From: a virus | Virus record (IMG/VR): IMGVR_UViG_3300024265_000039 | Location: 22,109 to 86,108 of that record | Length of the DNA stretch: 64,000 bases | Direction: 5' to 3' (one strand) | Shown: positions 48,695-58,208 of the stretch, one piece after another | How positions within the stretch are numbered: the first letter of the stretch is position 1 | Layout: every line of letters starts with the position of its first letter | The notes under the pieces: generated by a model | Seen by the model: the letters and a program-made list of their open reading frames with translations, nothing else | The model's database searches: none | What the model was told of the DNA's origin: nothing | Made by a program: the position numbers and the translations under genes

Positions 48695-48736
48695 TTTCTT
48701 TTGTTACATTATATACTATAATCGCAACAAAAGAAA
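48695..48736. promoter_or_regulatory. Long AT-rich palindrome containing TATAAT boxes (operator/promoter)
   Basis: TTTCTTTTGTT...ATTATA tac TATAAT...AACAAAAGAAA. Confidence 0.55.
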
Positions 48737-48743
48737 GCGCGGG

Positions 48744-48989
48744 TTACTCGCCACCTGGGGGAAATGGTTTCGTCAAAATTTCTCTGGCATCATCCAGCCA
48801 TATTTTTAATCGTGGGTTTCCATCTTGCATATACCAGAACTCAACCATTGCGATCAATCGGACAAAAGCTGAATGCCCATGAGCGCCCCAGTAAGCGAAC
48901 GGGCGGGGCAGGGGGGCATCCCAGCAAAATCTCGCCAGGGACTTTTCCAGTTCTTTTGTCTCCTCATCCGAATCAGGCAAGCCCATCAT
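48744..48989 (-). CDS. Hypothetical protein
   Basis: 81 aa, GAGG RBS. Confidence 0.45.
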   Translation of the reverse strand: MMGLPDSDEETKELEKSLARFCWDAPLPRPFAYWGAHGHSAFVRLIAMVEFWYMQDGNPRLKIWLDDAREILTKPFPPGGE

Positions 48990-49269
48990 TCCTCATCATA
49001 TATTGCTTCACATATTTCAATGCATTCGGGGCCTGATATAGATTCCAGGATTGCCCGGCATCGTAACACATTGACATCCCAAGCATCAGGTTATGTGCCG
49101 CTTGCTCATTCGTGTTCAAATAATTGGCGCGGTAATGTTCCCAAACGGTATCGAAGATGGGTTTCATCGCCGATTTCATGTTTTCGATAAACGGGGACAT
49201 CTCCTCAAAAAAGCCCACCAGATATTCCAATTGCGATAACTGGTCCGGTGTGATCGTTTCAACAGCCAT
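48973..49269 (-). CDS. Hypothetical protein
   Basis: 98 aa, coupled start. Confidence 0.5.
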   Translation of the reverse strand: MAVETITPDQLSQLEYLVGFFEEMSPFIENMKSAMKPIFDTVWEHYRANYLNTNEQAAHNLMLGMSMCYDAGQSWNLYQAPNALKYVKQYMMRNDGLA

Positions 49270-49772
49270 CAGTTCTCCCCTATCACCTTCAACGCTTTCC
49301 TGACCATCTGCCAGGGGAGTTTACGAGCAGCGCTATAGGCATTCCAATGCGGTTGTCTTGCTGCTACGTAGATTTCCCAATGCGATTGCCTTGCTGCTGC
49401 TCTATTACCAACCGCCGCCGCAACGTAGTCGCGTGTGTACAGATACCCCTCAGCGACGCCAGAAACATGGATCGATACTGGCATTGTTGTACAATTGCCG
49501 CTCGGAAGTGAGCGCAACCCCGCTAGGTAGACCTCATGAAGTGAGCGCTCTGCCGTGTGATAGGCTTCATGGGCTGGCTCATCTACCGCCCTGTAAGCGT
49601 CCCTCAATCCAAGTTCTTCATAGAGCCAGTTCAGCCAGCCGAAATCATCACACCGTTCGTAAATCTGCTTGAGCGTTCCCGGCTGTTCGTTGAACCAATC
49701 ACAGGCTTCCTCGCAAGCCTTCCCCCGATCTTCCTTGAATCTCAGCCATTCAGTAAATTGTGCCTTATTCAT
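49269..49772 (-). CDS. Hypothetical protein with Ala/Tyr-rich helical repeats
   Basis: ACEEACDWF...WLNWL and AY..A..P repeats. Confidence 0.55.
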   Translation of the reverse strand: MNKAQFTEWLRFKEDRGKACEEACDWFNEQPGTLKQIYERCDDFGWLNWLYEELGLRDAYRAVDEPAHEAYHTAERSLHEVYLAGLRSLPSGNCTTMPVSIHVSGVAEGYLYTRDYVAAAVGNRAAARQSHWEIYVAARQPHWNAYSAARKLPWQMVRKALKVIGEN

Positions 49773-50017
49773 TCCGCCTCACTCCCGTCGTCTTGTACCC
49801 ATTCGGGTATAGGGTGACCTGATTTAGTGAGCCAACCCCGGAATGCAGCCAGGCTGTCTTTTTTTGTTGCCTCATAATCGCGCCCGATTTGAACGTCAAA
49901 AACGCTAACATAGCTCTCGCCATCAACCCGACACTCAAGCCGAACAGTACCAGGCATCCCCATCGCCTGGGAGATGTGACGCTTAATCCGCTCGATCAGA
50001 CCATTATCCACTATCAC
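49769..50017 (-). CDS. Hypothetical protein
   Basis: 82 aa, GAGGAG RBS, GTG start. Confidence 0.5.
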   Translation of the reverse strand: MIVDNGLIERIKRHISQAMGMPGTVRLECRVDGESYVSVFDVQIGRDYEATKKDSLAAFRGWLTKSGHPIPEWVQDDGSEAE

Positions 50018-50020
50018 TCC

Positions 50021-50866
50021 TCATCGATCATCCCCGCTTCCGGTTATCACTCCCCGATCTTTACGCGAAGCCAGCTTATCCAGATTGGCCTGGGCAATAT
50101 CGCCTAGGTCAATCCCTAGCTCCTCGGCCAGCATAGCCAGATACCACAACACATCACCGATTTCCCCCGCCAGCATCTCTCGCAATGCGTCACGATCATA
50201 ATCCCCACGCATCACCTTCTTCACTTTGTTGGCGATCTCCCCGGCCTCGCCGACTAAACCGAGGGTGGTATACTCAACCCCGCGCTCTTTGGGGTACACA
50301 GCCGTAGTTGCCGCTTTGTCCTGGTAGTCGCTAATAGTAATCATCAGTGGTCTCCTCACCTCATCCATCGGCTCGTCGGCCAATGAGCCAATCACTTCGT
50401 CAAAATATCCTGGCGGCCAACCCAGCGTCTGCCTCAACTGCTCAATCACCTGCTCAATACTCTCTCCGAGCAACCCACTGGGTTCCCGCTCCTGCGCCCG
50501 TCGCAATGCTCCTATAGCCTTTGGATCGTCCAATGAAGCCAAACCCAATATTGCACCATCCCGCACATAATGAGACTCGTGTTCCAGGCACTTTTCCAGC
50601 AACGCCCGTTGGTGTAAATACTTCTCCTCCATCCGGCCAACCCACCGCAACGTCTCGCCAATAACAGTTGGGGACAGAGGGTTGGGGCGTTTCCAGATCA
50701 AATGCCAGATCATTTCCAGGGCGACATCGCCGTACAGTGATAGCTGGGACTGCAAATCTCTGGAGAAAAAAGAATCCATCCCGTCCTCGAACACCTCTTC
50801 CCTGGCAGAAGCGAATAGCCGCTCCAGCTTTTTGAACAGGGGCGTATCATAGTTATAGTTAGTCAT
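50021..50866 (-). CDS. HEAT-repeat domain fused to MazG-like nucleotide pyrophosphohydrolase
   Basis: VRDGAILGLASLDDPKAIGAL; LGLVGEAGEIANKVKK...EIGDVLWY...ANLDKL...GSGDDR. Confidence 0.85.
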   Translation of the reverse strand: MTNYNYDTPLFKKLERLFASAREEVFEDGMDSFFSRDLQSQLSLYGDVALEMIWHLIWKRPNPLSPTVIGETLRWVGRMEEKYLHQRALLEKCLEHESHYVRDGAILGLASLDDPKAIGALRRAQEREPSGLLGESIEQVIEQLRQTLGWPPGYFDEVIGSLADEPMDEVRRPLMITISDYQDKAATTAVYPKERGVEYTTLGLVGEAGEIANKVKKVMRGDYDRDALREMLAGEIGDVLWYLAMLAEELGIDLGDIAQANLDKLASRKDRGVITGSGDDR

Positions 50867-50964
50867 TTGCTTTTCACCACCTCAAATTCCAAGACCCAAA
50901 CTTCCGGGTTGTCCGTCCAACGATAATAGCGTCCACCTGTTTAAATATTGGCACTGTCTGCCTT

Positions 50965-51543
50965 TCAGCCGGAGTACACCCACTGTAGCTGGGTATCTCC
51001 TGTATAGCCCTGCTGCCACACAAAGAATGCAAACGCCGTAGCATTGGTCTTTCTGTCACCGGTAAAACTAGGGCGGTTAGCGCAAACGGCAACCGTTACC
51101 GGCGGAGAGTCCGCCCACAACCTCAACCGCTTCCGGCTCTCCAAAAAGGCCAACCTCAGCATAAACACCAACCACCCCCGGTGAGTTAACCTTACTAAAG
51201 ACTCGCGCACAAACTCCTCAGCATATTTGTAGGGAGGGTTACCCATCACCAAATCATACGTTATGCCCGCCTCCATCCACAGGCGAAAATCCATATTCAC
51301 CCAACCGTTATATGCTTCTGGGTGCGGCTCATCGCGCAATTCAACCCCCGTTATCATCGCTTTAGGCCAACGGGCGCGTGCCACATTACCCCATACCCCC
51401 GCGCCAGCCCCAGGATCAAGGATTGAACGCGGGGCAAACCCATCTGGAAGCAATGATAGCCCGGCCTCAGCAAACGGGGCAGGGGTGGGATAGTAATCGT
51501 GCTCACGTCGCGCTGGTAGCGGCTTCTTACTCTGGATTATCAT
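50965..51543 (-). CDS. DNA amino-methyltransferase
   Basis: DYYPTP, ILDPGAGAG (SAM binding), NPPY (catalytic). Confidence 0.88.
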   Translation of the reverse strand: MIIQSKKPLPARREHDYYPTPAPFAEAGLSLLPDGFAPRSILDPGAGAGVWGNVARARWPKAMITGVELRDEPHPEAYNGWVNMDFRLWMEAGITYDLVMGNPPYKYAEEFVRESLVRLTHRGWLVFMLRLAFLESRKRLRLWADSPPVTVAVCANRPSFTGDRKTNATAFAFFVWQQGYTGDTQLQWVYSG

Positions 51544-51566
51544 CGCCTGTTGCCTCCGGCCACAAC

Positions 51567-52634
51567 TCAATACTCCATCGCTTCGTCGTCGTCCAATTGC
51601 CTCACATACCGAAAAACGAAAAGCACAGCCTCTCGAAACTTTTCTTCCTCGGTCTTACCTACGGGTAGTTCTTCCTCTGGCGGTACTTCCGATGCTTCCG
51701 GTTCCGGCGGGTTGAGGATGGTTTTGACTGCTACCTCAGCCCAGGCATCAACCTGTTTCATGGTCATCTCAATCGGTTCAAAGCAGATCGCCTCAAACGC
51801 TTCCATTTCCTTCTGCTGGGCTTCTTCTTCAGCCTGTTCTTTGGCATCGAAATGGGATTTGAGTTTGGTGTAGATGGCGTCCAGATACTCCTCCCATTGA
51901 CCAGGACGATATAGGCGCACGCTTCGGTCATAGCCTCGCTCAACCACCGAGATGGGGAGCGAACCTGACACAAGACTGACCGCAAAGCTGTCGTTATAAA
52001 TATTGATGGAGAGAACGTCGTCTTCGTAGCCGGTCCCGTCGTAAGGCAGAAGGCCTCCACCTTGCAAGGTAATGAAGATCGCTTTGTCGAACAGTTCCTG
52101 GACTACCTTCTCACGCCCCTTACGCTCTGCGGCTATAAGTCGTTTCTCACGATCCTGTTCCGCTCGAAGATTCGCAAGGGTTTCGCTTCTCAGGGCCGCC
52201 GCCCCATCTTCCTCGTGGTTCCGGCGAAGGTCTTGAATGATCTGAAATAATTGCGCCTGCCGCCTAAGCTGTATCCCCACAGCATCCTTCTTGCTGTAAT
52301 GGATATTTGCCCGAACTGTCACGCTTTGCTTGCCGAGAGAGACCGCTATCACTTTTTCAGATTCTCGCTGGAACCTAATCCCCCCCACTTCGATATAGCG
52401 GTTGGTGGCATCGGTTTCTTCCGGCAACTGAACCCCCAACCAAACCAAGTGCTGGCGCAACAAGACATGTTCATCGCGAATGTACCCCAATTGCGCCTTT
52501 GCCTCTTTAACTTTCTCTTCAGCCTCGATCCTGGCTAATTCCTGTGCTTTCTCTTCCAATTCCGCAAACGCTTCATTCTGATCGGTCATGATCTGTTTCT
52601 CCTGATTGGGTAGATTATTTACATGGAATATCAT
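51567..52634 (-). CDS. Coiled-coil hypothetical protein
   Basis: 355 aa; start may be MTDQNE. Confidence 0.6.
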   Translation of the reverse strand: MIFHVNNLPNQEKQIMTDQNEAFAELEEKAQELARIEAEEKVKEAKAQLGYIRDEHVLLRQHLVWLGVQLPEETDATNRYIEVGGIRFQRESEKVIAVSLGKQSVTVRANIHYSKKDAVGIQLRRQAQLFQIIQDLRRNHEEDGAAALRSETLANLRAEQDREKRLIAAERKGREKVVQELFDKAIFITLQGGGLLPYDGTGYEDDVLSINIYNDSFAVSLVSGSLPISVVERGYDRSVRLYRPGQWEEYLDAIYTKLKSHFDAKEQAEEEAQQKEMEAFEAICFEPIEMTMKQVDAWAEVAVKTILNPPEPEASEVPPEEELPVGKTEEEKFREAVLFVFRYVRQLDDDEAMEY

Positions 52635-52637
52635 TGC

Positions 52638-52898
52638 TCATGAGTTCCCCCGATCCAGGTGGCTTGAATTCCGGCCACGCTGTAACAGGCGGTTGAACTG
52701 GGGTCGGTGATCCCGTTGGTTGCGTACCTGGCGGCGTTGGTGGTTGTCCTGGCGTTCTCGCCATGTATCCCGGTCACGTTCTCGTCGGTAGGCTTGAGTG
52801 TGGTCGAAATCGTCAAGAAAAACGGCGTCGGTGGAAACAGTATATGTCCACCAGGGATTGAAATCATCGTCGTCATCATAGTCGTTATCAAAGTTCAT
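52638..52898 (-). CDS. Small protein, acidic N-terminus and Arg-rich C-terminus
   Basis: MNFDNDYDDDDD... start overlapping the upstream stop. Confidence 0.5.
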   Translation of the reverse strand: MNFDNDYDDDDDFNPWWTYTVSTDAVFLDDFDHTQAYRRERDRDTWRERQDNHQRRQVRNQRDHRPQFNRLLQRGRNSSHLDRGNS

Positions 52899-53161
52899 GG
52901 CATTGTCCCTTGTCGTCTGGCTAATGCGATCTTGGCTGCCTCGTAGATGGCATTGGGCATGAAAGATAAATTCCCCCAGCAACAATGAAACCCTTGTTGC
53001 CCGTCATAATAGCTGATTTCGGCATAGCCACTACCATCGATGTCTATGATAATTTTCGGTCTATTGATGTTTCCTGGATGCAGCATGGCAGCTTTCATAT
53101 CCAGATAGAGCCTATTCAAACGTGTCAGGGCAACGTTCATAGAGATCGTTTCATCACTCAT
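52895..53161 (-). CDS. Hypothetical protein
   Basis: 88 aa, AAGGA RBS. Confidence 0.5.
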   Translation of the reverse strand: MSDETISMNVALTRLNRLYLDMKAAMLHPGNINRPKIIIDIDGSGYAEISYYDGQQGFHCCWGNLSFMPNAIYEAAKIALARRQGTMP

Positions 53162-53200
53162 GGCTGTAATCCTTTGGTTCGTGTCGTTCGATAATCGTCT

Positions 53201-53737
53201 TCATCCTCTTCGCGTTGCCGACGGGGTGCTATAATCCTCGATCCGGCGTGCTATGAGATGGTGAAGCGTTTCCGTTACATCTGACCCCGCAGCGATGTAT
53301 TCATTCTTGACGATCTCGTAATCGCTGGAATAGCAGAGGCGGATCAGACCATCTCGCGTTTCCAACCGCTCGATATTTGCCGCCTTGAATTTCTCCACGT
53401 CGGGGCCAAAATGTGGGCGATAGCTCGAATCCAATTTCACCAGTTCCAGGTTGTCGCATGGATCAACACGGTAACTGATATTGATGATGGCTGGACGGAT
53501 TGTCGGCGCGAATGTCCCTTCCTGCTTTTCTTCGATGTCGGCGCAAAATAATCTCCAATGGGCGGCATCCCTACGCAGATGAGCAATATACGTTTCATTT
53601 GATCGATCCGGCCATATCTCAAATTCATCAGCCGTTTCATCGATGGTGGCGGCGGCCTTCAGTAGGTATTCCAATGTCATTTTGAGTAAATCGCTATCGG
53701 TTAAGGTGGGTTGTTCGCTCATGGTGCTTCCTCCCAT
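53201..53737 (-). CDS. Hypothetical protein
   Basis: GGAGG RBS before MSEQP. Confidence 0.55.
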   Translation of the reverse strand: MGGSTMSEQPTLTDSDLLKMTLEYLLKAAATIDETADEFEIWPDRSNETYIAHLRRDAAHWRLFCADIEEKQEGTFAPTIRPAIINISYRVDPCDNLELVKLDSSYRPHFGPDVEKFKAANIERLETRDGLIRLCYSSDYEIVKNEYIAAGSDVTETLHHLIARRIEDYSTPSATRRG

Positions 53738-53810
53738 TGCGCATCACATACCGGACACATTTTTATGCGGTTCATATTTCACCTCCATAGGAACAAAAAA
53801 GCCGCTTGCT

Positions 53811-53948
53811 TTAATCCAGGCGCGTGATTTTCCAAGGGCGTTTAATGCGCCAACCCCAAACTCCGAAGCCATTAATATTTGCAGTCCACAATGTAATGCT
53901 CAACCAATCGCTAGGATCAATGCTTATAATCAACTGCCATTGACGCAT
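53811..53948 (-). CDS. Trp-rich 45-aa peptide
   Basis: GGAGG RBS; MRQWQLIISIDPSDWLSITLW... translated by hand. Confidence 0.4.
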   Translation of the reverse strand: MRQWQLIISIDPSDWLSITLWTANINGFGVWGWRIKRPWKITRLD

Positions 53949-53986
53949 AAATGCCTCCCGCTAGGATACACAAAAGCCGCTTCAAA

Positions 53987-54079
53987 TGAGAGCGGAGGGG
54001 CTTGAACCCCCAACCAAGATGGTACTCGGTGACGCGCCACGTTTTCCCAACACATGCTCTCCCGTTGAGCTACGCTCCC
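53987..54079 (-). tRNA. Atypical tRNA-like gene (anticodon unresolved)
   Basis: Acceptor GGGAGCG/CGCTCTC-A, D arm GCTC-AACGGGA-GAGC, T arm GGGGG-TTCAAGC-CCCTC; anticodon/variable region expanded. Confidence 0.7.
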
Positions 54080-54394
54080 ACATCAATTAATAGACCACCC
54101 CGCCGCCACGCTCCGGCATCACACGCCCGGCCTTCCCCTTGCGCATCCGGCCACCGAATTTGGATTTCTTCGACAGCACCAGTATTGGCCCGCCATCAGG
54201 GGGGCGGATCAAGGGCAATCAATTGCTCCAAGTCAGCAATTCCCGGATAGAATATAGTTTGCGAACCATTACGACATATGTGGCGGTGAAATAGACGCGG
54301 AAGTCGTGCCGTTTTACTTCCGAATATTCACCCGTTTTGGGGTCATAGGTCGCAAATCGAAGGTCATTTACTTTATACCATTTCCGTTTGCTGC

Positions 54395-54586
54395 TCATGA
54401 TGCCTCCTCTTCCTGCCTCCGGTGATATTCGGTCAGCAGTCGTGTCTGGCGGAGGTTGAACGCCTCCCAGAACGATTGCATATTCTCGATCACAATGGTA
54501 ATATCGTGGTTGGCTTCCAGCAATTCGTCATCTGTGAATGATTCCAGATTGGGGTCTTCGTAGACCAATCTATGCCTGCGGTTCAT
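54395..54586 (-). CDS. Small hypothetical protein
   Basis: ATGA-coupled on both sides. Confidence 0.5.
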   Translation of the reverse strand: MNRRHRLVYEDPNLESFTDDELLEANHDITIVIENMQSFWEAFNLRQTRLLTEYHRRQEEEAS

Positions 54587-54783
54587 GTCGATACCTCGGT
54601 AACATCGTTATTCTCAGATGCGCCGCCACAGTTACCACAATGCCAAAGGTGGTCATCAAATTGACGAACCATTTTAATACTGTCGCAGTATGGGCATATA
54701 TGCCAGGGCGGTATCTGCCACTGCGCTATCGGTTGTAATTCGTTCCACTGTTTCAATGTTAGGGTATAGTTCCTATCACTCAT
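54583..54783 (-). CDS. Zn-ribbon protein
   Basis: CPYC...CGNCG. Confidence 0.55.
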   Translation of the reverse strand: MSDRNYTLTLKQWNELQPIAQWQIPPWHICPYCDSIKMVRQFDDHLWHCGNCGGASENNDVTEVST

Positions 54784-54788
54784 TCTGC

Positions 54789-56615
54789 CTATCCCTTCCG
54801 CGCCATCTGGCGCAATCGCCCCATCGCAAACCGATGGGTAATTAATTGAGCCGCTTCACCTTTGGTCATCCAATCCAGATATGAGTGACCGCCCAGTTTC
54901 CGCGACAACAAATCCTTCTGGGCCGTCGATGCTGGTTGTTCGCGCCAGAAGGCTCCGCCATCCACCAGCTTCCGCGCTTCCGCATCAGCCACCTTATCGA
55001 TATAGGCATCCGCATCAATCACCAAAGCAGCAAAATCATCACCCCGTGCCAGCACGACAACTTCATCATATTGCGACCGGGGGATATGAAGCAACCGATA
55101 ATGGTCGTCCTCGGTCGGCGGCGCGATCACCACCGATCCGGCATCACCCAATGAACATGAGCAATACCCGTCCGGCTCGATATACCACGCTCCCATAGAA
55201 TCAGCGAACATTGTCCGGGGGGCAGTCACCAACCCTTCGCCCAGATACTTCTCACGCAATTGGCGTCGCCGTTCCGCCTCCTGCTCTTCTTCGGTCGGTT
55301 CCGGTTCTGGAACTTCCAATCCGCAATGAGGGCAATGGGATAGCCCGGCAAAAAACTGCGCCCCGCAACCGGTGCATTCTTCCATGACCCCCAATAACGT
55401 GCCGACTTCCAGGGCTTTGGTATCCCGCACAGTCAGATCGACCAGCAAGCAATACTCCTTGCCGGGGAAAAGGCGCAACCCCCGCCCCACGATCTGCGTG
55501 AACAAGGTCGAACTGCGAGTTGGCCGGGCCAGGAAGATCGCCCCAGTGTGCGGGGCGTCAAACCCTTCAGTCAATACCCCGAAGTTGGCGACACAGACGA
55601 TTTCATTGGCCTTGTACCGGCGCAAAATATCCCGCCGTTCATCTTTCGGCGTAGTCCCATCAATATGCGCCGACATAACCCCGTATTGCGATTGAAGAGC
55701 CTGGGCGAATTGGATGCTCATTGCCACACTGGGCAGGAAGGCCAGGGTAGGGCGGTTCTCCGGCAAGATATACTGAGCGTAGGCATCCAGGGATAATTCC
55801 AACCAATTGGAGGTTTCCAGCAAGGATACCAGTTTCTTCTGATTGTAATCCCCCCGCGAAATGCCTACCTTTTGAACATCGACACGGGTGGAAACTTCCA
55901 CCCGAACTGGCGGGGCAAGATAACCAGATTGTATCCCATCGGTAATCAACCAGGAATAACAAATCGTATCAAAGATACCGCCCAACGCCTTCCGGTCAGT
56001 CCGCTTCGGAGTGGCCGTCACTCCCAGAATCTGCAAATCTGGATTAGCTTCCCGCAAGGTATCAACAATCGCGCCATAGGTGTTGTTGGAAACAGCATGG
56101 TGCGCCTCGTCGATTATCAGAAAATCGAACGCCCCATGCGCCAATAACCGGGGCAACCGATTCGCATGACAGCTTTGCCGAGTCGCAACAACCACCCGCG
56201 CATCCGGGGCATCCATCACCCCCATCACTACCCCAACCCCAGGAGAACCATCGAACTCAACATCCAATGCACCACTGAACTGATTGCGAATACGATCTTC
56301 CAACTGGAAAATAATCTCTTCGGTATGAGCAATGACCAGCGCCCGGTGCTGTGACGGAAGAAAAAACTGAACCAAAAACTCGGACAAGATGGTCGTCTTC
56401 CCGCCACTGGTTGCCAGTGCAATCAAGGGTGCGCGATACCCATCTTCATAGGCCATTCCGACCGCCTCTACCGCGTCACGTTGATAACCACGCAAAATGT
56501 GCGGGATGTAGTCGGCCTCACTCACCCCGGCTATACGGGCCAGTTTTCGTGGCGGCGCTACCGGCGCAGGGCTGGAGGGCGGTGGCTTATAGTCGAACAG
56601 AGAAAGTTGGTGCAA
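54789..56615 (-). CDS. SF2 DEAH-box helicase (RadD/Irc3-like) with Zn finger
   Basis: LRGYQ, ATSGGKT, IIDEAHH, TATP, LTEGFDAP, QIVGRGLR, CTGC..CPHC. Confidence 0.93.
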   Translation of the reverse strand: MHQLSLFDYKPPPSSPAPVAPPRKLARIAGVSEADYIPHILRGYQRDAVEAVGMAYEDGYRAPLIALATSGGKTTILSEFLVQFFLPSQHRALVIAHTEEIIFQLEDRIRNQFSGALDVEFDGSPGVGVVMGVMDAPDARVVVATRQSCHANRLPRLLAHGAFDFLIIDEAHHAVSNNTYGAIVDTLREANPDLQILGVTATPKRTDRKALGGIFDTICYSWLITDGIQSGYLAPPVRVEVSTRVDVQKVGISRGDYNQKKLVSLLETSNWLELSLDAYAQYILPENRPTLAFLPSVAMSIQFAQALQSQYGVMSAHIDGTTPKDERRDILRRYKANEIVCVANFGVLTEGFDAPHTGAIFLARPTRSSTLFTQIVGRGLRLFPGKEYCLLVDLTVRDTKALEVGTLLGVMEECTGCGAQFFAGLSHCPHCGLEVPEPEPTEEEQEAERRRQLREKYLGEGLVTAPRTMFADSMGAWYIEPDGYCSCSLGDAGSVVIAPPTEDDHYRLLHIPRSQYDEVVVLARGDDFAALVIDADAYIDKVADAEARKLVDGGAFWREQPASTAQKDLLSRKLGGHSYLDWMTKGEAAQLITHRFAMGRLRQMARKG

Positions 56616-56662
56616 GATGTACTCCCTTGCAAATACGTCACATTGACGCCTTTAATCGCAGG

Positions 56663-57148
56663 CTAATCCTCAAAAGTTCTCGCATTCGGGAAAGCTGAGT
56701 TTCGGAAAAAGTTGAGGTAGTCTTTCACATGCTGCATTTGCTCTTTTGTGGGCGGGGGTGACCAATCCCAGAAAAACTTTCGTTCCTCATGTGCCGGAGC
56801 TAAAAAAGGTTGACCGAAATTCAAAACCACTTCGAGTTTCCAGGCCAAATAGTAATCCTCGAAACGGCCAATAGCTTTTTCCAGGGGGCTGACCTCATCA
56901 AAAAGTTCTTCGGCATAGGTGACATCAACAACCTTGACAATCCCAAGTATAACGTTGCCCGGTAGTTGCGTCGGCCAAAACAGGCGTTCACAAAGAAGAG
57001 TGTCCTGCGCCAATTGGTCGAGTTCCAATGCCGCGTAGATTGCGAATTGATCTACCCGGCCTGGATGCCATGTTCGCGTCACATAAGTTTTCACGCCACT
57101 CATGATCGCACTGGCGTAGGGTTGACGAATGGTCAGTACTTTCATCAT
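56663..57148 (-). CDS. ASCH domain protein
   Basis: KVLTIRQPYASAIMSGVKT..TRTW...GVILG-like motifs. Confidence 0.8.
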   Translation of the reverse strand: MMKVLTIRQPYASAIMSGVKTYVTRTWHPGRVDQFAIYAALELDQLAQDTLLCERLFWPTQLPGNVILGIVKVVDVTYAEELFDEVSPLEKAIGRFEDYYLAWKLEVVLNFGQPFLAPAHEERKFFWDWSPPPTKEQMQHVKDYLNFFRNSAFPNARTFED

Positions 57149-57648
57149 TCCACCTCAATTTCGATTTCAGGCGGAGCCAATTGCGGCAACGTCCCCTGTT
57201 TGGCGATATATTCGGCCACTGTCGTTTTTCCGTCCGGCAGTAGCAAATGCGCCAGAAGCGGGTTTGTGCCCGGAGAGAACACCTGGGCAGTGATGGCTGC
57301 CTTGAGCCAGTCTCTCACATTGAGGAGTGCCTGGACCCGCACACTCATCACCTTTGCCGGAGTTTCACCGCCTGCAATGGGCAACCCGGCTACACGAAGC
57401 ATTCCCATCATCCCAGCATGGCTAAACCGAAGCTCATATCCGACCCGCGATACCTCTTCCTCGCGGAAACGTCCTTCAGTAATCCCGACCATATATGCAC
57501 CCAACTTGCTCAGTTCTGTTGCAACCTGAGCAATGGCCTGATCAACGGTTGCCCGACTTCGATAATAAGGCGCGAAATCGGCGCGTGCATCCTCGAAGCT
57601 GGGCACATGTACAGATTGGAACTGGGTTGGATCAACTACGAATTCCAT
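57145..57648 (-). CDS. Hypothetical phage protein
   Basis: Start MEFVVDP; DWLKA...LLAHLLLPDGKTT motif. Confidence 0.6.
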   Translation of the reverse strand: MEFVVDPTQFQSVHVPSFEDARADFAPYYRSRATVDQAIAQVATELSKLGAYMVGITEGRFREEEVSRVGYELRFSHAGMMGMLRVAGLPIAGGETPAKVMSVRVQALLNVRDWLKAAITAQVFSPGTNPLLAHLLLPDGKTTVAEYIAKQGTLPQLAPPEIEIEVE

Positions 57649-57901
57649 TGTCTTCCCCCATGGCCTTTTTCGCTTGTTCGATTTCTCGCGTATCAACGAT
57701 GAAAATACGCACAAACGACGTGCCTTTAATCGGTTCTGAGAAAACCCCATTACCAGCAACGTGGCTCTCAAACACCAATTGCTGCGCTTTCCGTCGGCCC
57801 AATTCTCGCTTGTTGCACCTATCTCCATCTTCGTCCCAGTCTACAACCGTGACCTTCTCAGGGCTGAGCTTGTCTACCACCATCGTATGTAACGCTTTCA
57901 T
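57632..57901 (-). CDS. Hypothetical protein
   Basis: 89 aa, coupled start. Confidence 0.5.
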   Translation of the reverse strand: MKALHTMVVDKLSPEKVTVVDWDEDGDRCNKRELGRRKAQQLVFESHVAGNGVFSEPIKGTSFVRIFIVDTREIEQAKKAMGEDNGIRS

Positions 57902-58208
57902 TTAATGCCCCTTTCCTGAATTGCCTGAAGCCGGATATAGGTTTCGTCGTCGATTTTGGACAAGTCCCTCATCAGTACATTGACACCAACCTCGCTTCTA
58001 AATTCGTGCCCAGTGACGACGTTGGTGTTCCGCACCCACCCCTCACTATCGAAATGATAGGAATAGCCCAAGACCTCGACCGATTCGCCGTCGCACAGGG
58101 CTTTCATCGCAACTTTAGCTCGCTTGAGTTCTCTCTCATTCATCATTATGCTCCTTGCAATAACTCCCCCGGTGACAGTTGCTCCGGCCAGTCCGACCAG
58201 TCCGGCAA

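Noticed and set aside
53987-54079. tRNA-Sec or opal suppressor serving the TGA at 7712
   Set aside because: The TCA triplet present is not centred in a 7-nt anticodon loop, and the acceptor stem is a normal 7 bp
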